A stretch of DNA of 58,220 nucleotides, filler included, from Stramenopiles sp. TOSAG23-2 (lineage: Eukaryota), in the NCBI GenBank assembly GCA_900128395.1. It is 3 parts of 3 records of this genome, joined end to end, with 100 filler letters (N's around TTAATTAATTAA, not from the genome) between each part and the next. Parts side by side here need not be neighbours in the genome. Positions count along the whole stretch, not along the records: positions 1 to 19,391 come from LT649583.1; positions 19,492 to 38,871 come from LT649584.1; 1 more part is not named here. One strand, written 5' to 3'. Made by a program: the position numbers and the translations under genes. Positions within the stretch are counted from its first letter, which is position 1. Each line of letters begins with the position of its first letter. Positions 9,301 to 19,770 of this stretch are shown here, piece after piece. The notes below the pieces were generated by a model. That model searched no databases. It was given only the letters and a program-made list of their open reading frames with translations, and was not told the origin of the DNA.

Positions 9301-10503
9301 CTACCGATTCACATTCATCGGTCGTTTCCATTTTGTTTCCCCACTCCCTCCATGATAGTAATAAAATTGACCTGTACCCTCATCAAACATCATAATCCAC
9401 CCCTCCAACAATCCAAATGGATGTTTATCAGTCATACTTCCTGTATATTCATTAAAATACAAAACTTTCTGACTATTTGTTTTACAAAAATGAACACAAG
9501 CATACAATGAAGTAATACACATTTTTATCTCTTATTACGAGCGTCGCCAACACATTGTAAAAGCGTCGCAACATGCAGTAATCATGAACATCACAAAAAA
9601 TACAGCAATTGCATATAAAATGGCACCTACGATTGCTAACGAGTTCAACACTTGTATTATCACCACTACGATTAAAACATGACTATAAATGGTAGGATCG
9701 CATACTGCTGGATTACCAGAACTTGATACTAAACTAACTAATATCCATCCATATACAAAAGAGATTATCCATAAACAAATAAACATTGGAAGGACACCAC
9801 CAGAATCATCTTTGCCACCATCCTTACCGATTTTAACAATAGCTGAACAGAAACTACATGATTCAAACAACACCAATATCATAAAAGCTAATGTATTTGG
9901 CAACAAATTGTATTGATCTAATTTGTCTCCATTAATCATATCTTGAATAACTATGACAAAACCATAAATTAAAAAACCTATCAAGCCAACAAGAAATAAA
10001 AATAATAAATAAACAGCAGCTGCTTCATCACGAGGAATCGGTTCATTATTATTTTGACGCCGAGCTTCTAATCTATTTCGACGTTCATCAACCCAACTTG
10101 GTTGTCTTTGAAGAATCTTGTTATTATTATTTCTTTGTTCAGATCCATCACATATTTGCACATCAGATTCAACGCGTATAGCTGTTAATACAGTTGGTTC
10201 TTCCACTTTTGTTGCGACGACTGCATTATTGATATTGTTATTGTCATTATTATTATTAATATTATTACTACCGCCACTATTATCACCGCTATCATCGTTA
10301 CCACCACCATTGTTTCCTCTTACTGTACCAATAACAGCATTACCAACATCATATGCTGTATTAAACCCGAACATTGCAACTTTTTTTCCGGTAGAAAAAA
10401 TTGAGCCAAGCATACTATTGCTACTACTATCATTGTTATTGTCATTTGGAGTTGTTTGTGATTCCAAATCAGTCAAATCACCATCACTATTATTTTTCGC
10501 CAT
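9301..10503 (-). CDS. Four-TM membrane protein with C-terminal WW domain; two exons (10503-9539, 9472-9301)
   Basis: Removing a 66-nt GT-AG intron (9538-9473) joins ...MCWRRS to QKVLYFNEYTGSMTDKHPFGLLEGWIMMFDEGTGQFYYYHGGSGETKWKRP (WW consensus) in frame. ATG of MAKNNSD is at 10503. Confidence 0.7.
9473..9538 (-). other. Spliceosomal intron, 66 nt (GTAATA...AAATAG)
   Basis: Removes the in-frame TAA TAA and keeps the frame into the WW exon. Confidence 0.65.
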
Positions 10504-10603
10504 ATTAAAAACACGTTTTATTATTTTCACACAAAGTATCAAGAGAAAATTAATTATATATACCAGATTTCAGAATTAATATTTCAACACATATTTCTTA
10601 TAA

Positions 10604-10634
<31 letters not shown>

Positions 10635-10933
10635 TATACTTCATACAACATATCATAAAAAGCAAAAGAAACATTTGAAAAAGTGTTTTTTGTATATAAT
10701 TAATTTGAATTTCAATTATTTTTTCAATGCACCACAATCAACTTTTTTTTTTTTTAATAATAAATACCGTAGTAGTATATTATGTTTTGTACTTAAAATA
10801 TCCTATATCTGAGTTTTACACGCCTCTCTATACCTTAACCTATTTTTTTAAAAAAAAAAAAATAATACTTTTTCTTTTTTTTTCTATAAATATGTACTTG
10901 TAATGTTGGTAATATTTACTCTCTAACTCTATT

Positions 10934-13447
10934 TTACTTCTTATTTTTATTTCTAGGTCTAATTGTTTTTCTACGTGATCTTTTTTTATTGCTATTGTTG
11001 TTATTATTAATAGTAGACGATGATGATTTTTTACCACCACTGGTGGTACTGCCAGTATTATTATTATTTTTGTTCTTTTTTTTCCCATGACTATTATTAT
11101 TATTATTATTATTTTTTTCCTCCTCCTCCCCTTCCGCATCATCATTTTCAATGGATATATATTTCTCTGATACTAATGATTGTGCTTGTTGTACAATTTG
11201 TTTTGTTTTTGCACGAACATTTTCCAATTGCGATTTTAATAACATTGCTTCATCAATCATATCACGGCTTATTTCATTATTAGTATTGTCATCATCATCA
11301 TCATTGCCATCTTCCTCTTTTTCTTTATAATTATTATTATTATCTTTCACATTACTACTACCGGCAATAATGTCAGGATAATTACTATCACTTAAATTAA
11401 ACGTAGTAGTTCTTTCCACATTACTGATAATACTACTATTAGCATTACCAACATTATTGATAGTAATATCAACATCGTATTCATTATTGATAGAATTGCT
11501 AAATTTCAATTGTGTCACTTTACTTTGCAATTGTCCAATGACAGAATTATTTTGTAAAATTTCATTCTCATGTTCTTTTTGCAATTCATGGCGCAATAAT
11601 GATGCTTCTTCTATACGTGTGTTTAAATATTTTGTCATTGATTTTTCTTTTTTTAATTTCTTAATCAAATCTTTAATTCTCAATTCTTTACTATTCAAAA
11701 TCTCTTGAATGGAGTCAATTTCCTTCGCATGTTCTTTATCTTTTGCACGTAAAACTGCTTTTATATCATTTACTTTCTTTAAAAACTTTAAATTTTCTTT
11801 CTTTAACTTTTTTTCACTTGATTGTAATGCATTAATTTCTAATAAATGTCTATTTTTCGTTAGTTTTATCATTTTGGATTCTTCCACAGCATCTATATCA
11901 TCTTTATTATGTTGTAAATGTTTTAAACTTTTTTCATAATGTCTACATTTTTTATCTAATTCATTTTTCAATAATCGTAACTTATGTATTTCAGAACGTA
12001 ATTCACCTTGCGTATGTAATAAATTGTTAAAATCCATGATATTAATTGTAGAAGATGGAGCAACCGTTGTGAGATTTTCTTCATCATCACCTCCTTGTTC
12101 CATGTCCTTATTTGAATAATTGCCATTATTATTATTATTATTATTATTACTGCTACTATTAATATTAATAAATCCAACATTTCTTACAGCTGTTTGTCGA
12201 AGTTCATTGTTTAAAATTTCATATTCACGATTTTGATGTTTTAAATAATTAAATTCTTTTGAATTTAAATTTATTGTTTCCAATAAACTTAAATTTTTTT
12301 GATACAATTTCATATTTTCTTTCCTTAACTGTTTAAACTCGTTATTGTTCATATAATTATTATTATTATTATTTGTTGTTGTAATACCATTTTTATTGCT
12401 AATATTTTCAACTGCATAACATAAACGTTGCAATTCTTTTTCACGTATTCGAACTAAATGTTCACGATTACGTAATAAAATGAATTCCATGTTATTTATA
12501 TCATTTGTATTTGCAGTAGTTATGAAACTTTTACGTTTACTTGTATTTAAATTTGGCGATGAATTCATATTATTAACAATGCGGGTAAAATTTGTATAAC
12601 CAATAACTCTCATTGCTTCTATCACTTTTTCTTTTGATGTAATATTTCGTTTTTGTTTAATAATTGAATGATTTGTTAATTCCTCATGTTGTCTATATCT
12701 TCTATTGGGTGAGGATGTACCATCGTCAGTAAAATTTGGTACAGCTGGTTGTATTAAATTTGCATTTACAATGGAATCAATTTCCATTTTAAAACTACCA
12801 TGCAATTCTTCCACACCTGTTGAACGTAATATCATTAAAATATTATCTTTCGTTATTCCACCACCTGCCATAATAATTAAATTTGATCTTTCCTCTTTCA
12901 CTTTTTCAACACAACGACAGATGGCTGACGTACCTTCTTCTGCTTTACTAGCACATCCACTTGTTAACAATCTATCAACATTTAAATGTATCAATCGTTG
13001 AAGGGATGCCATAATATCTAAGCACAAATCGAAGGCACGATGAAATGTAAATGTCATCTTTAATGATCGTGCTAAGTCGACAAATTCCGAAGTTGTTTTT
13101 AAATCAATTTTATAATCTTCAGTCAACGCACCAAAAACTATGCCAGCAGCACCACAACGTTTTGCCATACGCACATCGTCTAACATCATATCTATTTCTT
13201 CGTTGGTATATGTAAAATCACCACTACGAGCGCGTATTAATACATTTATTGGTACATTATGAAGTGCACCTACATGGCAAGCACGTGTTAACAATCCACA
13301 ACTTGGTGTTAAACCATCAACATCTAATGCACTACAAAGTTCAATTCTTTTCGCTCCCCCTTCTACAGCATTGACAACAGAAGCATATGAATCACAACAT
13401 ATTTCAATGATTGGCAATGAGGATGTGGGGGTGAAAGATAATGCCAT
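10934..13447 (-). CDS. CUTC: CutC-family TIM-barrel protein fused to a long coiled-coil/low-complexity C-terminal region
   Basis: IEICCDS, GGAKRIELCSALDVDGLTPS, VLIRARSGDFTY, GIVFGALT, TFHRAFD, RLLTSG, IMAGGGI, ELHGS in the first ~280 aa, followed by ~550 aa of heptad-rich sequence. Confidence 0.85.
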   Translation of the reverse strand: MALSFTPTSSLPIIEICCDSYASVVNAVEGGAKRIELCSALDVDGLTPSCGLLTRACHVGALHNVPINVLIRARSGDFTYTNEEIDMMLDDVRMAKRCGAAGIVFGALTEDYKIDLKTTSEFVDLARSLKMTFTFHRAFDLCLDIMASLQRLIHLNVDRLLTSGCASKAEEGTSAICRCVEKVKEERSNLIIMAGGGITKDNILMILRSTGVEELHGSFKMEIDSIVNANLIQPAVPNFTDDGTSSPNRRYRQHEELTNHSIIKQKRNITSKEKVIEAMRVIGYTNFTRIVNNMNSSPNLNTSKRKSFITTANTNDINNMEFILLRNREHLVRIREKELQRLCYAVENISNKNGITTTNNNNNNYMNNNEFKQLRKENMKLYQKNLSLLETINLNSKEFNYLKHQNREYEILNNELRQTAVRNVGFININSSSNNNNNNNNGNYSNKDMEQGGDDEENLTTVAPSSTINIMDFNNLLHTQGELRSEIHKLRLLKNELDKKCRHYEKSLKHLQHNKDDIDAVEESKMIKLTKNRHLLEINALQSSEKKLKKENLKFLKKVNDIKAVLRAKDKEHAKEIDSIQEILNSKELRIKDLIKKLKKEKSMTKYLNTRIEEASLLRHELQKEHENEILQNNSVIGQLQSKVTQLKFSNSINNEYDVDITINNVGNANSSIISNVERTTTFNLSDSNYPDIIAGSSNVKDNNNNYKEKEEDGNDDDDDNTNNEISRDMIDEAMLLKSQLENVRAKTKQIVQQAQSLVSEKYISIENDDAEGEEEEKNNNNNNNSHGKKKNKNNNNTGSTTSGGKKSSSSTINNNNNSNKKRSRRKTIRPRNKNKK

Positions 13448-14208
13448 ATTATCCTTTTTCTTTCTTTCTTTCCTCTTCTTCTTCTTTGTTCTTTCTTATT
13501 ATAATTCTTTTCTTTTATATTATGTTATATACTATTATTGTCTGCTACATCTACATCTACATAATGTAATATAAATATTGATTTTTTATTAATTATAACT
13601 GTCAATCTGTCAATATGCAGGTAAAATGCCTGATCTAAAGTACGATTATTAGAGTACGGAAAGAACAAATTGAAATGAGGAGAAATAATTTCAATACTTA
13701 CCACATCGAGTGATTGAAAATTATTTTTAATATGCATAGGAAAATGTTCATTTTAATTTTTTTTCATTTTTGGCCTAATTATATTTGGACAGGGAAATGT
13801 AAAAATGTATGCCAGCTGGCTGGGCTGGCCAGTCCTGTATGCGAGATGCGAGAATTTTAATTTCAGCGTGGTGGGTCGGTGGGTCCGTCAGAATTTGTTT
13901 TTAAGGTGTATATCACACTTTGCATTTCTATTATGCATACTATTAATATTCTGTTTAACAAGTGTGGGCTTGTATTATACCTTAACCAAAAATGGATGAA
14001 AAAATACCGTATTATAGGATTCGCATATTCTATATTAAGATATATATGGGAAAAATAGATAAGACAATACAAACAATTTGATACATCATAAAATACATCA
14101 ATCGATAATATAACGTAAAACCGTATAATTGGCAAAAAAAGAAAATAATATAGTAGATGCTTTTCAATAATAATATATTGTGGTATATAAAATAGTGATA
14201 ATAATAAT

Positions 14209-16154
14209 ATGAAAGTTTTTAGAAATTTAATTCTTGGTTTTTTTCTTGGGATTTTTGTCATATTAATGCTTACGGTACTACCAACATTAAGATATGAAAA
14301 TAATATTGGATCATCTTTTTTACGTAATGATTTTCATAAACGTATCAAATTAAAGTTAACATCTAAAATAGACGAATTGTCGAATTTAATATCTGTTGAT
14401 AAAATCGTTGGTGTCGTATATAATAAAAGTAAATTTCATCAAATGGAAAAAGATATTTATCATATTGTAAATTATAGCAAGACAAATATAATTGAAGCAA
14501 AAAAAAAATATACAGCTATATTAGATAAAATGACAACAAAAGAAGAATTGAAAAAAAAAACTAATGATGTAACACAATCGAACTTAAGCACAAAAGACAC
14601 AGATGCTGCAAATGAACATTTAGATAAATATACAAAAGCAATTCGTCAAGCACGAAAAAAATTACTTCAACGTTGTCCTAGTTTAAATATAGAAACTATG
14701 AGTAAAGTTGGAGTTGAACCTGGATCATTAGATATTGTTATAACAACCGCTAATTTTACTACATCTAATACAAATGAAAAGGCTAAATTTTATATAAAAT
14801 ATCCTGTCGATATGGAAACTAATAAATGCGAACCTCGTGCAACAACGTCCCAATTTGAAAGCAAAAAATGGGAAAACGTCTCTTTTAGATGTGATCATAC
14901 ATCAAGTAAACCATGTTGTGTACAAAATCCTTCAACTGATTATGTAAATGGCAATTGGGGCCATTGTGTATCAGCTTCTAAAGCGAATGACAATTGTAGG
15001 TGTAAAGATTGTTTTGATTATCGATTTCGTCGAAATTCGTTGTTGTTCAATGAGATACGATTTCAACTAAGATCGTTAGAAAATAATGGCGTGTTTGTAA
15101 AATCAAGTAAACATCCAGATGGGATTATTGGTAAAATTTTTATTGTCTACAATGATGGTACAGGCAATCCAGCACCTACTTTTTTGCAACCAGATCATCC
15201 AAATGTAATTGCAGTACCACACAAAATTTTATGGAACGCATCTGGAAGCATGGAAGGTTATCCAAGTGCTAATAGAAATGCAATAGCAGCTCAATTACAT
15301 CATATTCCTGGTCTAGGACAATATGTTATGTATTTAGAAGATGATATGTTTTTGAATATTCCTCTACGTTTTGGAAAAGGCCATAATAAATACATAACCG
15401 ATGATGGCCGCATTGTATCGTACTTGACAAACCAATGGATAATGTCTCATCCACAGCCTGAACATGGTTGGCCTGGGTAAGTAAATTCTATTCCCCTACA
15501 CCTAAAAAAACAGACACCCTCTAACACATCATCACTCATTCATACGCTACGCCTCACAGTGCAATGTGGAGCAGTCTAAGGGCACTTGAAAAAATATTTG
15601 GCAAGCGTAATAAATTATCCAAAAGCCGTGTAAAAGGGATGGAAAATATTACAATTGGAAACCGTGCTGCGGAGAAAGAACACGGTCCACGATTTTGGAA
15701 TAAATGCGCAATGGAAGAGTTATGGAGGCTTTGGCCTGAAGAATTTGCAGCAACAGTTAAACGGACGTTGAATAATAAGAAAGATTTCCAAACAATTACG
15801 CATTTAGGTATGTTCATGGAAGATCTTGGACTTGGAACAAATATTGTGAAAGAAGGTAGTATTTGCCATGAGGTACATACATCATCTGATACTAAATATA
15901 CAAAATTTGTCGGTGGAATCTGTAGTACTTGGAAAAAGAAAAACATAGATTGGCTACAAGTACAAGGTGATGGTATTAGCGATGAATACATGGAAAGCAA
16001 ACGTAGTGCACGTGGGCATATACGTTGGGCATGGCAAGCAATAATGGATGCGATGTGGCCTAAACAATCCATGTTTGAAAATAGCCCATTTGGTGATGAA
16101 TATTATGAACGATTAAATATGTTAGAAGAAGGACAAAAGTTGTGTAAGCTGTAA
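14209..16154 (+). CDS. Stealth-family hexose-1-phosphate phosphotransferase (type II membrane); two exons (14209-15476, 15560-16154)
   Basis: N-terminal TM; CR1 LDIVITTAN; CR2 NEIRFQLRSLE..KIFIV..NRNAIAAQLHHIPGL..YLEDDMFL; CR3 HGPRFWNK..WPEEFAATVKR..DFQ; CR4 WPKQSMFE. The intron restores the frame. Confidence 0.85.
15477..15559 (+). other. Spliceosomal intron, 83 nt (GTAAGT...CTAAC...CACAG)
   Basis: Canonical donor, branch point and acceptor; joins GG|T GCA ATG TGG in frame. Confidence 0.85.
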
Positions 16155-16438
16155 ATATTAATGTCAAAATAATATTTATATAATGATGTTTAAAAATACT
16201 GGTATTATTAATATATATAATAAGTTATTATATAATAAGCTTTTTTATAAGAATTATTATAATAATATTAATAATACTTGTGGTGTACAATATCTTAATC
16301 TATATTATTAATATAAATACACATTATTGAAATACACCACAAAGAAAAATAACAGAAAACATATCAAATTCCTTTTAAATATAGTACACGTATTACTTTT
16401 ATTACATTGCATATTACACAATTGTTATAATATATATT

Positions 16439-16762
16439 ATGAGTGAAACCTCAAAAGAAGTTGAACATATTGTTTTATTAAAATTGAAAAAAGATTTATC
16501 ATCAGAACAATTTGGTGAATTAAAAGTTGCAGTTTACGACTTGAAAAAAATACCTGGTGTTACATACCTTTCATTTGGCGAAAATTTTACAACGCGTGCG
16601 CAAGGATATACTCACGGAATTATCGTTAGATTTGAGAGCAAACAAGCAGGAGACGATTACCAAACCCACGAATTACATGTTACTGTTCTAGGTTTATTGA
16701 AAAAAGCACTTGATACAGATGATGGACCACCTGTGTTGGCAATGGACTACGAAGTATTATAA
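16439..16762 (+). CDS. Stress-responsive A/B barrel (Dabb) protein
   Basis: VEHIVLLKLK..LKKIPGV..SFGENFTTRAQGYTHGIIVRFES..YQTHELH..VLAMDYE. Confidence 0.9.
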   Translation: MSETSKEVEHIVLLKLKKDLSSEQFGELKVAVYDLKKIPGVTYLSFGENFTTRAQGYTHGIIVRFESKQAGDDYQTHELHVTVLGLLKKALDTDDGPPVLAMDYEVL

Positions 16763-16822
16763 TTGAGGATTGTTACAAGAGATATTATAGTCGCCGTGTT
16801 TATAGAGAAGAAAGAATACAGC

Positions 16823-19027
16823 ATGATGCAAAGCATGAAGATCTTCTTATTATATTGCTTCCGCCTCTCCTGGAAATATGTCTATTTCATCGCCATAACA
16901 ATGATTTTTTTAATGTGTGACAACCATGATGTTATTATCACAGCACAATCATCGTCTCTATTAATAAATGATTATGATTATGAATTATCCAATATATATT
17001 CAAAAATTGGAAATGAATATTTTAGAAATCATACGTTTGAAGATGCTATTACATATTACAAAAAAGCAGTTAATTTAAATTATTTTCATGTACCTGCTTT
17101 GGTCAACCTTGGTGTTGTATATGTTGAGCAAGATAATTTAGTGGAAGGGGAAAAATATTTTAAACAAGCAAATGAGCGAAGTGGAGAATATTTATATCAT
17201 GTACAAAACGGTCTTGGCAGCATATATCTACAACGGGGAAATGGAGCAAAAGCCTTTACACATTTCATGAACTCCGTAATCATAGCAAAAAATAAATTAG
17301 ATCCTTCAGTTGATGTGTATGAATATCAACAAAGTCTATCCAATATAGGGCTTGTATTACGATCAGCTTCAAGTTCAGATATTAATGATATTCGTACACA
17401 ACTTAAAGCATACAATTTACCGATTGATTATCGATATTATTTTAAAAAAGCCCTTGAAATAGTTATAGATGACATCAATGTATATCGTAATTTTCATAAA
17501 TTAAAATGTTTAATTCACATTATTCAACCAGGCAAATGGGAGAAGAAGACGATGACAAAAAAAAAGGTAACAATTGATTTAAAATCACCACCAACAACAA
17601 TTAGCGAGACGAAAGGCAAAGTACAATTATTAAAATCATATAATTCATTTCATTTACAAAATGGTTTATTTTATGGTAAAAAACCGAAAACAGTTGGTGA
17701 TGGTAAAAGCAAAAAATTAATGACAGAACCAATGAATGATTTTTCACCATATTATTACATCAAGTCATCAGGGACAATGAAAGAAGACGTATTATTCGTA
17801 TATAAAGATCGAAGTACAAATTTATATTCTATATCAAATATTTATATAGATGGAAGAGCTGTTGGTACAATACATGATGGATGCAATGTATTTTTACGAA
17901 GCAATGATTATTTACCACCTGCATCGATATTTGGTAAACTCACTATGGATATGCCTGATATTGGAGATAGTAACTATATTCAAAAACATTTTAAATATGC
18001 AATTAATATTGTGTCAAGATGGACGGATAATTATTATCACTTTTTAATTGAATCAATACCACGTTTGATAATAATGTTGAAAGAACAATCAACAATATTA
18101 AAAAAGATTTTAAATGAAAAAGATGATAATCACAAGATGAAAAAATACGAGAAGAAGAAAATAATAACAATACCAATTATTGTTCAAAAAGGACCGTCGT
18201 ATATCAAAGAATTGTTGAATATTATTATCGAAAATCATATGAAAATGTCTACTACCGTCAACGAGGATGAACCAGTAAATTTGAATTATTCTATTGAATA
18301 TTTAAGTGATAATGAAATTTATCATGTGGAACAAATGTTTACCATTGAATCACATGGCGATCGAAATTTATTTAATTTAGAAACTGCTGGTTCAAGATAT
18401 GCATTACAAGAAGCACAAATGTATTTCAATTCAATATTTTTGTCATCCTATTCTAATTCATCTTCATTGCATCGTAATAATAATATGAACGATAATAATA
18501 TTGTTATATTTGTATCACGTTCATTATTCCATTGTGGCGATGAAAAATATGAAACACAACATTTAAAAGGTGTTCCAAAGAAAAGGCTTTTAAGCAATCA
18601 TGATGATGTAATCCAAGCTATTAAGATGCATGTTGACGCATTGAGGAAGAAAAAAATATATGAGTTTAAGATTGAAAATGGATGCCAAACAATGAAAGAA
18701 ACTATTCAAATGTGGAAGAATGCTCATACTATTGTTGGCGTCCATGGAGCTGGACTTTCTAATATGATATTCACAAAAAGTAGTATTCATCATAGTAATA
18801 ATAAAAATAATTATTATGAGTATGATGATGATAATGTAGTGACATTAATTGAAATTACACCGTTAGAACCAGCATTTCGTGATTATTTTCATTTAGCTAG
18901 TAGTTTAAATATAAAATTATGGGCAATTGCAATGGCGAAAGAAGGCATGAGGAATAGTTATTTAGCTCATCAAATTAAATTAAATGTTGGAGTTTTAAGA
19001 AATATACTCAAAGTAGTCGTGAAGTGA
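16823..19027 (+). CDS. Secretory-pathway TPR + glycosyltransferase family 61 (DUF563) protein
   Basis: Hydrophobic N-terminus; TPRs (GNEYFRNHTFEDAITYYKKAVNL, ALVNLGVVYVEQDNLVEG); GT61 motifs NYYHFLIESIPRL, IFVSR, IVGVHGAGLSNMIF, LIEI. First in-frame ATG is at 16823. Confidence 0.8.
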   Translation: MMQSMKIFLLYCFRLSWKYVYFIAITMIFLMCDNHDVIITAQSSSLLINDYDYELSNIYSKIGNEYFRNHTFEDAITYYKKAVNLNYFHVPALVNLGVVYVEQDNLVEGEKYFKQANERSGEYLYHVQNGLGSIYLQRGNGAKAFTHFMNSVIIAKNKLDPSVDVYEYQQSLSNIGLVLRSASSSDINDIRTQLKAYNLPIDYRYYFKKALEIVIDDINVYRNFHKLKCLIHIIQPGKWEKKTMTKKKVTIDLKSPPTTISETKGKVQLLKSYNSFHLQNGLFYGKKPKTVGDGKSKKLMTEPMNDFSPYYYIKSSGTMKEDVLFVYKDRSTNLYSISNIYIDGRAVGTIHDGCNVFLRSNDYLPPASIFGKLTMDMPDIGDSNYIQKHFKYAINIVSRWTDNYYHFLIESIPRLIIMLKEQSTILKKILNEKDDNHKMKKYEKKKIITIPIIVQKGPSYIKELLNIIIENHMKMSTTVNEDEPVNLNYSIEYLSDNEIYHVEQMFTIESHGDRNLFNLETAGSRYALQEAQMYFNSIFLSSYSNSSSLHRNNNMNDNNIVIFVSRSLFHCGDEKYETQHLKGVPKKRLLSNHDDVIQAIKMHVDALRKKKIYEFKIENGCQTMKETIQMWKNAHTIVGVHGAGLSNMIFTKSSIHHSNNKNNYYEYDDDNVVTLIEITPLEPAFRDYFHLASSLNIKLWAIAMAKEGMRNSYLAHQIKLNVGVLRNILKVVVK

Positions 19028-19201
19028 GAAAAGTTCGTATATATGCATAATATGGATATGAAATTATGGGCAATTGCAATGGCGAAAGAAGGCATGAGGA
19101 ATAGTTATTTAGCTCATCAAATTAAATTAAATGTTGGAGTTTTAAGAAATATACTCAAAGTAGTCGTGAAGTGAGAAAAGTTCGTATGCATAATATGGAT
19201 A
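18914..19201 (+). repeat. ~145-bp tandem duplication of the GT61 3' end and start of the 3' UTR
   Basis: 18914-19058 is repeated at 19061-19201, differing by a 4-nt (ATAT) indel. Confidence 0.9.
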
Positions 19202-19236
19202 CGATATATAATATATGATCGATAATCATAGTACGA

Positions 19237-19261
19237 AGAGAGAGAGAGAGAGAGAGAGAGA
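19237..19261. repeat. (GA)n microsatellite
   Basis: Direct reading. Confidence 0.9.
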
Positions 19262-19340
19262 TGCGACAAAAATTTCAATACACGAGTTCCGTATATAATA
19301 TACGATCGTATATTAAAATTATTACGTAGTATATATATTA

Positions 19341-19391
19341 TTAATCCCATGTCATAGATTTATCTTCTTTAATCCTACCATCAACTTTTGC
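19341..19391 (-). CDS. Possible 3' end of a gene truncated by the contig break
   Basis: Minus strand from the gap reads AKVDGRIKEDKSMTWD*. Short, so it could be chance. Confidence 0.3.
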   Translation of the reverse strand, partial: AKVDGRIKEDKSMTWD

Positions 19392-19491
19392 NNNNNNNNN
19401 NNNNNNNNNNNNNNNNNNNNNNNNNNNNNNNNNNNTTAATTAATTAANNNNNNNNNNNNNNNNNNNNNNNNNNNNNNNNNNNNNNNNNNNN
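19392..19491. other. Artificial contig-joining spacer (N44-TTAATTAATTAA-N44)
   Basis: Palindromic linker with stops in all six frames, embedded in Ns; identical at 38872-38971. Confidence 0.95.
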
Positions 19492-19770
19492 ATCCATAAT
19501 CAAAATATTATTATTGTATTAGCACAACACAATGTGCCAATAATCTTCAATCAACTTAAACTATAGTACACACAGCTCACAGCCATTCAGAATTATAATA
19601 AAATATATATATCTAGACTATGGTATATTTGTATTATATTTTAAATAGACGGACATGTACTAAAGCATAAAACAATTCATTCAAAACAACAGCTGCCTAC
19701 ATGCACAAACACACACACACATATATACATATAGATATACATATATAACGAAAAATTTAGCAATAAAAAT

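Noticed and set aside
9532..9537. In-frame TAA TAA as stop-codon reassignment or readthrough
   Set aside because: Explained by a GT-AG intron; TAA, TAG and TGA all terminate other genes normally.
19392..19491. TTAATTAATTAA palindrome within Ns (also at 38916-38927) as a biological site
   Set aside because: Identical artificial six-frame-stop linker used to concatenate contigs.
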